A DNA stretch of 63,972 bases, the filler included, from Circinaria calcarea (lineage: Eukaryota), in NCBI GenBank assembly GCA_051942165.1. It is 5 parts of 5 records of this genome, joined end to end, with 100 filler letters (N's around TTAATTAATTAA, not from the genome) between each part and the next. Parts side by side here need not be neighbours in the genome. Positions count along the whole stretch, not along the records: positions 12,830 to 25,554 come from JAVECS010000545.1; 4 more parts are not named here. One strand, given 5' to 3'. The notes below the pieces were generated by a model, which saw only the letters and a list, made by a program, of their open reading frames with translations, did not search any database and was not told the DNA's origin. The position numbers and the translations under genes were made by a program. Shown here one piece after another: positions 14,098 through 25,654 of the stretch; the stretch's first letter is position 1, and each line of letters starts with the position of its first letter.

Positions 14098-15082
14098 ATG
14101 CTATGCGCCTTCTGTGGCTTTTCAACGTCGACACAAGATTCCAGCTCCATTAGAGCAGAGGCGGCGGTGGTGGATCGCCGTCGTGTGCAGAATCGTCGGG
14201 CACAGCAGCGATTCAGACGTTAGTCAAGCGATCCACCATAAAACGTTGATAACATTGACTTTCCGTTCGCTCATGGGCTTTACAGAGAAACGTCGTCAAC
14301 AAAAAGCCGCGCCGGAGCAACATCATTCACATCCGCAAAACAGCGCCTCAGATGCCCTAGACGACAGTAGTCCAATGGCTTCCAGCGCGTTGACACCACC
14401 CAGTACACTGTGTACGAGTCGCAGGCAGTCCTCGATAGACCGTCTCGAGGAGAGCCGAGGAGATAATTTCATTGATTTGGATTTCTTTTTGGATCCCAAC
14501 GATCGCTACGGGATGGACAAAGGCGCTGACGACTTCTGGACAACGACACCGAAAGAGACGGCTCCCCTTGCTGCTACTACCCTTGTTCTCCCTTCGGAGC
14601 CGGAAGGCTGCCGAGGACATCCTACAACAAGGAACCCCGGTGATTCTGTCGATAACAACGAAAGTGGCAGAGTGCAAGCAGGCCCGACGGTGCTTCATCG
14701 AGCAGTGCAGACTGGAAACAGCAAGGTCGTACGCCTTTTACTCGAGCATAACGCAGATTGCAACTCGAAGGACAACGCTGGTCTGACACCTCTGTTGGGT
14801 GCAATAATCGAAGGCCATGATGAGGTATTTGAACTATTGCTATCACATGGGGCTGGTATAGGACATGTCGATAATGCTCATCGGTCGGCCTTTCACTGGG
14901 CTGTATTATACAATCGTCACAGGATACTGAGACGACTTCTGAGCTGTTGCGGCGGGGGCGCTACGTTGCTCAACAGACCGAACAAGGACGGAGAAACACC
15001 GTTGTCTGTCGCAGTTGGCGCGGGAAGCGAGGTGGCTGTGAGGCTGCTACTAGAATTTGGGGCCACGGTCAACGTAGAATGA
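14098..15082 (+). CDS. gsfG: Ankyrin-repeat protein with N-terminal bZIP-type basic region (GsfG-like, probable bANK transcription factor)
   Basis: ATG 14098, exon 1 to 14218, intron 14219-14285 (GTTAGT...TACAG). The spliced sequence reads VDRRRVQNRRAQQRFRQKRRQQK. The C-terminus has about 4 ankyrin repeats (GPTVLHRAV, GLTPLLGAI, SAFHWAV, GETPLSVAV). It occupies the gsfG position next to the gsfF-like P450. Confidence 0.85.
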
Positions 15083-15934
15083 CGATATTCGCATCTCCAC
15101 ATGTGGAACCCCAACCGGCATATAAAGATCCGGGCTGGTCGACGAACAGGTTTGACTAATCGCACACTACCATCATTTTGCCCATCGAATTTTGGAGGAC
15201 TCGCATCTGCTAGTATGGGAATTGTGCCGTGAGCTATGGAGATTGTGAAAGAAGCCAGTCCGATTTTTTATTTCTTTTGTTTCTTGGATTACTCTCAGAC
15301 AATATACTTACAGTGTATATAAGAACAAGGCAACATCACGACGTGACACTTTACTCTAGCATTTACCAAGGCCTATCTTGGCGAGAAGGATGCGTGCGTG
15401 TGTGCAGAGCCACATCGGCCGTTCGGGTGCTGACGTTAAAACTTCTCAACGAGCAACTAAGTATTAATTATTAATTCATATGCGGCGTTTTGTTGGCTGA
15501 ACAGCTGTCTGGCTGGAGGATGATTTTTCCAAGTGCTACTGCTGCGGGGGGGAAGACGATTTATGATAACAAGCCGCTAACTGAAATCGGAAGGTACGAG
15601 ATGCTCAATGACACTTCTCATATTGAGGCTCCCACAACGTCTTACCAGACAAGCCTTCCCGCTTCCCGAGACCTGGTTTACCGCGTCTTTTTTCCTTAGC
15701 CCCCATATTATCGTCCTGAGCACCTTATTTCTGTTGGAATTGCGAAAGTGTGACCGCACGACCACAGGTGCAAATTCCTTATTTGATTGTATTTCTCAAC
15801 AGTTTCGGCATTTATTAAATAGCGTTTAACGTATATAGTAGATAGCTTCTACGCGAATATAGAAAATGGTAGATGTTATAACCCCTTCGTGATATATCCT
15901 ATATCTACCATGATACTGGCGGTCTCGAACAGAC

Positions 15935-17625
15935 TTAGAGGCCCCGGACTTTGACCTGAACCTGAAGGCCACTCTGCTTATTGAAAAAGTAGTCATGGGT
16001 CGTCCAGCTCTTACTCGAGTCCACTAAAACAAAATCGAATTTGCGAATCAAGAGTGGTACGAATTTGTATATCTCGCTGAGAGCAATCTGTGACTATGTT
16101 AGTGCTCATACTCTGCCTTGTGGTCAAAACAGACTCACCTGCTTGCCAATGCAAGTCCTAGTGCCCGCCCCAAACACCAGGTTGTTGCATCTGTCCATGC
16201 TGGGATCAGTGCGTTCGATCCATCTTTCTGGACGGAACGTATCGGCATCTGGGCCGTATACGCCCACATCTCGTCCTACGACGGCCGCGTTCATGCCGAC
16301 TTTCCATCCTGGCGGGATGAACATTCCTGATAACTCAATGCCACTCTGACCAACGACTCGAGGCATAGTGAATCCCACGCCAGGATGCAACCGCAATGCC
16401 TCTTTGATCGTTGCCTTGAGAAGTGGGAGCTGGACGACTTCGGAATAACTGGGCAAGTCGGATAGCTTCCCGTTCTCCACGGCTTGGTCAACCTCCTTTC
16501 GAAGCTCTTCATATACAGAACGATCCTTTGCAAGGTAATAGAAGACTGCTTGCAGCTCAATCATAGTTGCGTCCGCGCCTGCTGTCCTACCAAGTCAAGC
16601 GTATCAGCAGATTGTATATGCGTGCGTAATATATGCAGCGGTCACTTACAGAGCTGCAAAGGCCTCGTTCTTGACGTCTTCGATGCCGAAGTCCAATTCG
16701 TTCCCTTTGGAATGGACAATAGTTAGTAGGTCATGCAAAAGATCCTTTCTCTCCCGTTTTTCAGGAGCTGCGACAGCGGAGACTCTGCTGTCCACACTCA
16801 TGCGTGCCGTTTCGATTATGTGATTCATTCCTTTGAGTCCTTTGCGTGCGGTAGAGCTGAGCGTGAATAAACCCATAATCAACCCACGGACCAGAGGCGA
16901 AGAAGCCGCCGCCGTTGTTAGTACGGGAAGCATTAATTCCAGAGATGCGAGGAACGCGCCCTGGTCACCACAATTCTCAATAAAGCCGAGGGAGCGACCA
17001 AAGAAGAGCTCTCCAATAACGTCGTAGGCGTACCTAGCGAACGCATTTTATTAATATGTAGCCGCTATAGATCAGGAAGAGATGAGTCTCACCATAGAAA
17101 CCAGTCCCCGAGATCAATCGCTTGATCGGGAACAGTACGCTCGATCATACATTTGATAAACAAGCGGCTGCAGTCATCAATGTAAGACTCAAAGGTCAAG
17201 ACAGATGACATACTGTACACGCTGTTCACGATGCGTCTTCGCTCAAAGTGCAGCTTTTCGTCGACAATGGCAAACGCATTGGGATATTTGGAGAAGGCTC
17301 CCACATCCCAAATATGATAGAAATCAGACTTGTTGAGTGGTGAGGTTGTGCTGTATATCTTGCGAATAGCTTCGGGATCTGCACAAGCGACCTCATCTGG
17401 CGCGATACGGACCAGTGGTCCGTATCTCTGGTGCAACTCCCGTTGCACCACATCCAAGTCTCCTCTTGAGACAGCATAGGTCAGCCATAGTCGGGTGAGG
17501 GACGGCCAAAACGGCCCAGGAACTTTGCTGAGAGGATGAAACGTCTGGCAGTAGATGCACCACGACACGAGATAAACAAAGGCGGCACACAAACCAGCAC
17601 CGAGAATTAAACCAATAGTCATCAT
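15935..17625 (-). CDS. gsfF: Cytochrome P450, GsfF-like (grisan-forming phenol-coupling P450)
   Basis: Four exons rebuilt from ORFs 17089-17625, 16646-16933 and 16124-16564 plus a last exon (IALSEIYKFVPLL...KVRGL-TAA at 15935). Motifs: N-terminal TM and HPLSKVPGP, I-helix AGADAT, EALR, PERW, heme FGAGTRTCIG. Recalled resemblance to Penicillium GsfF; gene order agrees. Confidence 0.88.
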
Positions 17626-18386
17626 CGTCTGTGTATGATTTTGGCCATTTGAGATTTGGGTCAGAGTTTGTGAAGCTCAACAGGGCTCAGCCTCTGTATA
17701 GACATATCACGGGAATGAGACGCAGGTTCAGGTAGGATTTATAAGTGAGTGTGCTGTAGCAATAATCAGGACCGTAATCTGGATCATGACCGGTACTTTG
17801 CATACTTGCTAGGATTACAGCAATGATTATGATCGCGAATTTTGTGGATTTTGGTGAGGATTGAGATGTATCTGGCCGATTACGCCAAGCCTCAAGATGT
17901 GGTGTGCTTACTATCTCTCGTCTGCCTCATCATGATGCAGACCACGGCAACAAAACACTCCCTTAATAAATAACTTATTTTATGACCGTTGGGGGGACTA
18001 AGGCAGCCTGCACTGAGACGTAATCACAGACAAAAATTACATCATATTACTATGCCGCTATTCGATTGATTAATTCGCACAGCTTACACGCACTCTAGGA
18101 TTCTGGGAGAGAAGGGTAGGCTTCTGCAGGCTAAGCTTACACTGCAAATCATGTCAGCTTGATGACAACCCCTTTGCCTTGTTCGTTCATTTCGTCGACA
18201 GGCGAGCTACACGGTTGTCCACAGTCGACCTGGTAGGAGGGGGGTTAGTCGGGTAGGACAATTAATATGACCGGCCCAGCTATCTATCAGGACTGTATAC
18301 CATACGTCCTCTGATGATCGGTATCCGCTCAGTAGTACTCAGCACTGGTTTTCACTCGGATCAGGTCACCACTTGCAGGTCACGAC

Positions 18387-19520
18387 ATGGCAAAAACGGC
18401 CTTTATCACCGGTGCCAATGGCATCAGCGGTAGCGCCGTTGTTGAGCATCTCTGCAACAAAACCACCTCTGACGACTGGGACTCCATTATCGTCACGTCG
18501 AGGAGTCCGTTCAATCCTACCGTCACGGACCCTCGTATCAAGTTCGTCGCTCTCGACTTCACACATGATGTCCCCTCCCTAGTGGAAAAGATGAAGGAGG
18601 CCTGTGGCCTCGTCAGCCATGCTTATTTCTGTTCCTACCTTCACAAGGACGATTTCGCAGAGTCGTATGCCGCCAACAAAACCCTCTTCGAGAACTTCCT
18701 AAGCGCTCTGGACAAGACAGCCCCCAAGCTGGAGAACGTTACGCTCCAGACTGGCGGGAAGTACTACAACCTCCATGTCGAACCCGTGCCGTCTCCGGCG
18801 CGAGAAGACGACCAGCGCCGCTATGGACCATTCGAAAACTTCTATTTTCCTCAAGAAGACAGACTGGCCGAGCTGCAGCGTGGCAAGACCTGGTCGTGGA
18901 ATGTCATCCGGCCCGAGGCCATCATCGGTGCCAACTCGCAGCCCTATGGCCTGAACGAGGCTCTGACCATTGCCATGTACTTCTTGATCTGCCGCGAACT
19001 GGGTACCGCCGCCCCAATGCCGACGAACCAGCGATACTGGGAGGGCACTGAGGACGTGTCGTACGCACCTTTGATCGCCGACCTGGCCATATTCGTTTCG
19101 ACCCGGAAGTCGTGCGCCAACGAGGCCTTCAACGTCACCAATGGAGACTATTTTTCCTGGCGCTACATGTGGCCGCGTCTCGCCGCAAGTCTCGGCGCCA
19201 AAGCCGACTCGCAGCAGCATTTCCAAAAAGCCGTGCCCCGAGAGGGCGAGTTGCAGCTCGACTGGAGCCTGGCCGAGCGGTGTCAGGACAAGCGCAAGGT
19301 CTGGGAGGACTTGTGCGATCGTCAAGGCTTGCCAGGTGCCAAAGCGACATTCGACCTTGCCGGCTGGGCGGTTGGAGATTTTCTCTTTCAGCGGACGTGG
19401 AGTGCTACACTGAGCGTGAACAAAGCGCGCCGTTTCGGATGGACCGGTCATATTGATTCCTACCAATCCTTCGTTGATACGTTCGATAAGTTTAGACGGC
19501 TCGGGTTGATACCTAAGTAG
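18387..19520 (+). CDS. gsfE: Atypical SDR / PRISE-like enone reductase, GsfE-like (dehydrogriseofulvin reductase)
   Basis: Single-exon 377 aa with TGANGISG Rossmann motif, LQTGGKYY, NFYF and WNVIRP. Recalled resemblance to GsfE; divergent from gsfF. Confidence 0.9.
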   Translation: MAKTAFITGANGISGSAVVEHLCNKTTSDDWDSIIVTSRSPFNPTVTDPRIKFVALDFTHDVPSLVEKMKEACGLVSHAYFCSYLHKDDFAESYAANKTLFENFLSALDKTAPKLENVTLQTGGKYYNLHVEPVPSPAREDDQRRYGPFENFYFPQEDRLAELQRGKTWSWNVIRPEAIIGANSQPYGLNEALTIAMYFLICRELGTAAPMPTNQRYWEGTEDVSYAPLIADLAIFVSTRKSCANEAFNVTNGDYFSWRYMWPRLAASLGAKADSQQHFQKAVPREGELQLDWSLAERCQDKRKVWEDLCDRQGLPGAKATFDLAGWAVGDFLFQRTWSATLSVNKARRFGWTGHIDSYQSFVDTFDKFRRLGLIPK

Positions 19521-19914
19521 TGCATAGAATGCCGTTTATCAGCTCATCAAAAACTCATTCTCTCCACACATCTACAAATGCCATTTCGCCCTCGAGACAA
19601 TGCTGACAAACGGACCCACCTGAGCCGCCCCGACTTGTCCATCAGATCATATAATCTCTTAATCAGGAGCGGCAGATTTGACTGATTCTCTCTCAAAACG
19701 GTCTTAGGAGAGTTACCATTGAGAATGTTCACCCCCAGCGCCATCAGCGCTTGCTAAGTCCTCGAATTACACACATCGCGTTTCAAACGCAGGCAGGTGG
19801 CTGGTAACTTGAACAAACAACGAGCGCATTCTATGAAGCAAATAGTAGAATCACTCTAGGGCCACACTCGATCTCTACAGGTCTGTGCGTACAAGCTAGT
19901 GAAACTACGCCTCT

Positions 19915-21234
19915 CTACTCCCTCTTCAACCTGGCCTCCATGATCGACCAGTCTCTCGGCGTACTCCTTGTCCCTAACACCTCCAACCCGACCTTCTCCA
20001 ATAACGCCTTCTGCTCCGCCTCAGACCTCTGCGCACCTCCACACGACGCGAACATACTTAAGTCGAACCTCGTGATATTCTTCGTCGGATTGAGATCCGT
20101 CGCTAGGGCCTCATGAATCAACAATCTCGATTCGGGACCCATGGCCGCGGCAAATCGTGAGAGAAACTGGGCGGACACGTGGTCGGCATGGTTGTGCAGG
20201 ACACCACGAAGGTAGTAGACGCGGGCGTTTTTGACCGGTTGGGGGTGCGCCATGTCGTGGTCCATGATTTCGACGTCGGGCAGTGACGCGGCCGTGATCT
20301 TGCTAGTGACTTGGGGAAGGTCTTGCAGAATGATGCGACCTCGAGAACATGGGAAGGCGCTGCGGACACGCATGGATTGGTGGCCGAGACCGCCGCCGCT
20401 GGGTGAGACAAGGTCAGTTTGATTTTTTCTTATTTTTCCTTTGTGGGTTTCACCCGAGGAGGAGGCCCTACATGTCGACGAAGATGATGTCGTCTGCGTT
20501 GGAGTTGGTGAAGGCAGTCTCGAAGGGGTAGAAGCTGACAAAATCTTCCTCCTGGGCGGTACGGGGGACTGCCATGTAATCGTTGAAGTATTTGCTTAGA
20601 CTTGGGTCCTTTGACATGCTCTCCCAAAACGTTTCGGTGGTATTGGCCCCGACCTGCCATGCACAGTGGTTGGCGTCAGGTAGCACCTTGCCATCGTTGG
20701 CCCGAAGCCAGGCTGGGAGAGCGAAATATGCGGGCATCAAGGCGATTCTGAGTTTTATCGCGATCAGCAGTGGTATTAGAGCTAGAAGAACGGAGGAAAT
20801 ACAGACTGCGTCATGACATTGCCTTTTCGGTAGGGTTGTACATAGTCCCTAGTGATTGCGTTTGCTGCATATTGACCTAAGGAGACTTGGTCGACCATAT
20901 AATGTGCATCCAACAGACGCAGGATTCGAGCAACCAAAGCTGGATCGGCATTGAGCCGTCCAGCAATATCGGCGGTGCTAAGGGACCCCGAGTGCTCGGA
21001 GAGGACGTCAAATATGCCCATCTCGCAAGCCACACCGGCGCCAAACAGCTCGAGCGGTCCCCATGTCTGCGCTTCCGCAAAAGTCATAGGAGTATGGAGC
21101 TGATGTACAGCCTTTTCAGCAAGACGCAATGCTCGAATGCGAACATTCTCATCGGCAGTGCCAGAAGTAATCAAGGTGGGAACTCGACTACAGAGAGCCT
21201 CGAATTGCTGAACCCATTCCTCGGTGGTAGACAT
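19915..21234 (-). CDS. gsfD: SAM-dependent O-methyltransferase, GsfD-like
   Basis: Introns 20748-20806 and 20399-20471 restore a single frame. FVDIGGGLGH SAM motif is split by intron 2; also ILQDLP and YYLRGVLHN. Confidence 0.85.
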
Positions 21235-21681
21235 AGTGATGTGGTGGATGAGATATGACGCTGCCTAGCCAAGAGGAGAAAGCCACGGGGAGACTCCACA
21301 TCTTATATACTCCGTACAGAGGACGCTGAACACGTCAAGGAGTTATGCATATCTATTGAAGTATTACATTTACATTTACATTTACAGATAGCCGGCATGC
21401 TGACATGCACCAAGCGACCATGACACCACGTGACCATGACAAGTTGTGACAGACGGCTTACATAGCTGACCGCATCCACAACATTGTATGCAGACGCTGG
21501 TGCGCAAACAACGACAACTCGGACCGAGAAGCCTACAGCGCGTCGGCAACCAACACGAATACATAAAGGCCTGTGAGTCCATGTTTGTAATCCTCATTAT
21601 TGGAAAAGCATCCACTCTCCACTTTGAGAACAACACTTCCTTGCCCTTCTCACTCCAGCTGCTTTCATTCAATCACGCATC

Positions 21682-22872
21682 ATGGCGGTTGATCAGCTCA
21701 GTCGTATCCAGGCCCTTGCGGCAGAAATCGCCGACTTGAGCAAAAGCTTTGAGGGTTCTTCCGAACTATTCATGGCCGACAGCCTGCCGTGCTTGAAGAA
21801 ATCTGAGGAACTTGTCGGTCTGGTGCAGTCCCCTGCCGAGCATGCCACGTCGTTCATTGTCAAAACCATGGAGACGGCTGTGATCAGGACGCTGTTATCG
21901 TTGAATGTCCTGCGGACCATTCCGGCTGCAGGTTCCATCTCTCTCCAAAGGCTTGCGGTGGCCACCGAGACCCAAGCGTCCCTGCTCGAGCGTCTCCTGA
22001 GGGTGGTGACAAGAACGGGGTTTCTTATCCGCGAGAATGGCGCATACCGCCACACGCACACATCCTTGGCCTATGCCGGACCGATTGGGGCACTTTTCGC
22101 GCCCTGCTACGACGAAGGAATTCGGGCCTTGATCAGGCTGCCCGAGTATCTGTCTGTGAAGGACAAGGAGGAGGCGAAAAGCGCTAGGCACAGTCCTTTC
22201 ACGTGGAATGAAGGCCAAGAGGGCAAGTCCACATTTGAGATTCTCTCCACGATGCCGGCAAGAATGGAAGGCATACACACTTTGGCAATGAACGTCCAGC
22301 ATTTGCGGCCATACACTGGCTTCTTTAACTATGCCAAACTGGTCTCGGAAGATCGCGAAAGACCCGTTTTTGTGGACGTGGGCGGGGGCAATGGACACGT
22401 TATCAAGGAGGTCCTGCAAGCATTCCCGCAGATCCGGCCTGAACAGTGCGTCTTGGAAGATCGTGCAGAGACCCTCGAGCTGGCCAGGACGACGGGCTTG
22501 CTTCCTGTTGGCGTGCAGCTTCTCGAGCACGACTACCTCACTCGTCAGCCAATCTTGAATGCGAAAGCATACCACATACGCGCGGTAGCTTATAATCTGG
22601 GCGATGCCGAACTCGTCCAACTGTTGAAGCAGATAGTGCCAGTGATGGGCCCAGATTCAAAAGTGTTGATCGCCGAGAATATCCTGTCTGACGACAACGG
22701 CACTGCCTTCAGCACAGTGTCAGACATGATCATGTTGTGCATCGGCGGCAAAGAAAGAACGGAGCGAAATTTTCGTGAAGTCCTCGATCAGGCCGGCCTG
22801 ACGATCGATAGTATTCATCGTGCGCCTGGATTGGAGTATGGGATCGTGGAGGCAAGCTTGAGGATGCCATGA
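21682..22872 (+). CDS. gsfC: SAM-dependent O-methyltransferase, GsfC-like
   Basis: Single-exon 396 aa with [15 protein letters not shown] and GGKERT; divergent from gsfD. Confidence 0.85.
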   Translation: MAVDQLSRIQALAAEIADLSKSFEGSSELFMADSLPCLKKSEELVGLVQSPAEHATSFIVKTMETAVIRTLLSLNVLRTIPAAGSISLQRLAVATETQASLLERLLRVVTRTGFLIRENGAYRHTHTSLAYAGPIGALFAPCYDEGIRALIRLPEYLSVKDKEEAKSARHSPFTWNEGQEGKSTFEILSTMPARMEGIHTLAMNVQHLRPYTGFFNYAKLVSEDRERPVFVDVGGGNGHVIKEVLQAFPQIRPEQCVLEDRAETLELARTTGLLPVGVQLLEHDYLTRQPILNAKAYHIRAVAYNLGDAELVQLLKQIVPVMGPDSKVLIAENILSDDNGTAFSTVSDMIMLCIGGKERTERNFREVLDQAGLTIDSIHRAPGLEYGIVEASLRMP

Positions 22873-23006
22873 GCTCGCAGGAGCAAAAGCGAACAGAGCA
22901 AAATGAATGATCTTCTGCTCTTGCCCTCCCATGACATGTGACGAAGTGTGAAAATGTTTTGGGCATCCTTGACCTCCGCTTATTCCTCGGGCTTCGTCTA
23001 CCACAC

Positions 23007-23222
23007 TCAGGGAGAAAAGTGGAAGAAGACGCTGATGGCACGCCAGCACGACGGCACGCCGACGTTGAAGTTGCCGTTGGCCATGGTCTCGCTGGGCGGC
23101 TGCGCATATACGGCGTTGAGGATCAAGAAGGGAAGAGACTGGATAAGGGCTCAGACGGCGACGATTTTGAAGCAGACGAGCTTCATGAGCGCTTTGTGTT
23201 GCGCGAGCATCGAGAGCACTTG
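23007..23222 (-). pseudogene. Degenerate fragment resembling the C-terminal part of an Ost-alpha/TMEM184 (DUF300) membrane protein
   Basis: A minus frame reads QVLSMLAQHKALMKLVCFKIVAV*ALIQSLPFLILNAVYAQPPSETMANGNFNVGVPSCWRAISVFFHFSP*, with an in-frame TGA at 23151-23153. This resembles the HKxLxKxxxFKxV...Q...P...M...F.VG.P pattern of fungal DUF300 proteins (from memory). Confidence 0.45.
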
Positions 23223-23687
23223 ATATAGGTGTCACTGGAAATCGCTGCGCATGATCTGATATCCTTCCAGCTTCTCAATATCCTTCCAGATTTACTGGTC
23301 CTCGAGGGTTCTCTTTGCCCACGCTGCATCCCTAGGCCGCTCGCACTCTCGCACATATGTATCCTAGTCCGTAGCACAACTTTTAGTCGTAAGAACTTGC
23401 GTCAAATACCCATTTCGTCACATTGTGTATGGAAATAATCATGTTCCAAGACCCCGAGGTCATCATCTTGCATGCCCCAGCTATGCGTTGCTTACACCCC
23501 AGTAATCATGCGTTGCTTATATGCATTCACAAGCTATCACGAATCGAGTTGGCTCGAGTTGCTCAACTCCGTCCAAGACTTCGACGTATTACTCCCATTG
23601 GAGACGTCTTATATATATCATGTCCAGAGGCTCTCCGCAGCATGAGATGGACAGCATTTGTTTGCTTTCAAGTGCCACAGTATTACT

Positions 23688-25145
23688 ATGGCCTCCAACA
23701 CAAGTCGATCCGCTCACTTGGCGAAGATAATTAGTAACAACACTACCAAAATCGAGGCATACCGTCAGGAACAAGGATTACCGCCCCTCAGTCTAGGGCC
23801 CGATGCACCGCTTGACGTGAAATACCCACCTAATGTCGAACACTGTCGACGGGCCCTTATCGACGCCAGCCTGGAGTTGAGCGACCTGGCGACAGGTCCC
23901 GTCGAACTGCGTCTCGTACCCGGATGGGCGGTCATGACCATGTTTGCCGTGACCCAATTCATTTTCGACTTTGATATTCCCCACCGGGTGCCTCTCACAA
24001 GCGACGTGTCATACGATGAGCTCTCCAAGACTGTCAACGTCGGTGCGTCCGTCCTCCGCCAGGTCCTGCGTGCGGGCATGCCCTACCACATGTTCTATGA
24101 ACCACGGCCGGGCTACGTGGCACACACGGCGACGACCAAGGTCATGGCGCGGGAGGCACTGATCAAAGACTGGACCGGTTTATCCACGGACGTCCTGTTC
24201 CCCGGTGCAGCTGGGCTGACCAAAGCCTTGAGGGAGGAACCCGCGGCCAACGACCCCGCCAGAACCGGCTTCATGCTCGCCAAAGGAGGCGGCGAGTCCG
24301 GCATGTACGCGTACCTGGAGAAGCACCCGGAGCAGGCCCGCAGGTTCGCAGGCGTCATGGGGGCGTTCCAACAAGATGAGGCGTACGCGCCGCAACACCT
24401 CACCGGCAGCTGGCCGGACGATGTGCAGAGCGGCAAAGTGGTCGATCTGGGCGGATCCACGGGCACCGTGGCCTTTGCGCTGGCCGAGGAGTTCCCAGGG
24501 CTCGAGATCGTGGTCCAGGACTTGCCCGGGGCGCTCGAGGCAGCCCATGTCCGAGAGGGCAAGGATGTGTCGTTCATGCCTCATGACTTTTTCCACGAGC
24601 AGCCTGTCAGGGACGCCGACGTGTGCGTGAAGGCCAATATATCAGATCTCTCTCGGATGTGTGCTAACCGTTGGCCGTGTTGATCCCAGGTTTATGTTTC
24701 GCTGGGTCTTGCACAACTGGCCCGATGCTCATGTCCAACGCATCCTGAGAGCTTTGATCCCGGCGCTGAAGCCTGGCGCCAAGGTCATCATCTTTGACGA
24801 GATCATGCCTCCGGCTGGTACGATGACTTTGAGCGTCGAGCGAAATCAACGGTGAGCCAGTTCTACTCCACTCCTTGCGCCCTTTCCTTCTGGCAATGCT
24901 GATCGTTGGGGTGTTCCAGAAATATTGATTTCGGCATGTTGATCCTCTTCAACTCCAAGGTACACATACCCAGAGAGACCAATACCTTTTTCTCCATACT
25001 CACCTGGAAATCTTAATTGCAGATTCGTGACGTCGAGGAATGGAAAGAAGTCATTGCTCAGTCAGACCAGCGTTTCAAGGTCACGGATGTCAGGTATCCT
25101 GAGGATTCTCGACTTTCCCTCATTGAAATCGTATGGCAGCCATAA
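23688..25145 (+). CDS. gsfB: SAM-dependent O-methyltransferase, GsfB-like
   Basis: ATG 23688 (MASNTSRSAHLA); VVDLGGSTG, VVQDLP, HDFF, FRWVLHNWPD. Three GT-AG introns (24623-24689, ~24852-24919, ~24960-25022). Ends IEIVWQP-TAA. Confidence 0.88.
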
Positions 25146-25554
25146 AAGTCTGATATGCATCGCGGTCCATTGCGGGAAACGTCTCACATAAGACACTGGA
25201 TAGAAGGAGAATTCACACTCCTTATTCTCATCTAAAACGAGACTCTGTATATGAATCGCTCTCATCGTACCTCTATAACTACCGGCTACATATGTGTTTT
25301 TGGAAGCAACGTCCAGCCCACGTAACCGATACCTCTGAAATCTAATAACGCACGGCCAACGCTCCCAGTAGTGTGAACAGTGCAGTGTGGTAGTTCCACA
25401 CTACACCGGCAGTGTACACTGCCAAGACTTTTATAGATATAGCGTAGTGAGCTCCAAATGCACAGATATACTGTGTAGATAGTGCCCCCTCTTGCTATTC
25501 GTGAAACCTTGTGGCAATGTTCCTCCGCCCTCCCTCCCTCTGCCCGTATTACTC

Positions 25555-25654
25555 NNNNNNNNNNNNNNNNNNNNNNNNNNNNNNNNNNNNNNNNNNNNTT
25601 AATTAATTAANNNNNNNNNNNNNNNNNNNNNNNNNNNNNNNNNNNNNNNNNNNN
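25555..25654. other. Artificial contig linker
   Basis: N44-TTAATTAATTAA-N44. Confidence 0.99.

Noticed and set aside
14084..14285. N-terminus of the 332-aa ORF (MFLSKCYAP...)
   Set aside because: It has a non-ATG start and reads through an intron. The spliced model from ATG 14098 gives a recognisable basic domain.
19278..19280. GsfE LAERC where I recall the family having LAEW
   Set aside because: A single substitution judged from memory; not enough to call loss of function.
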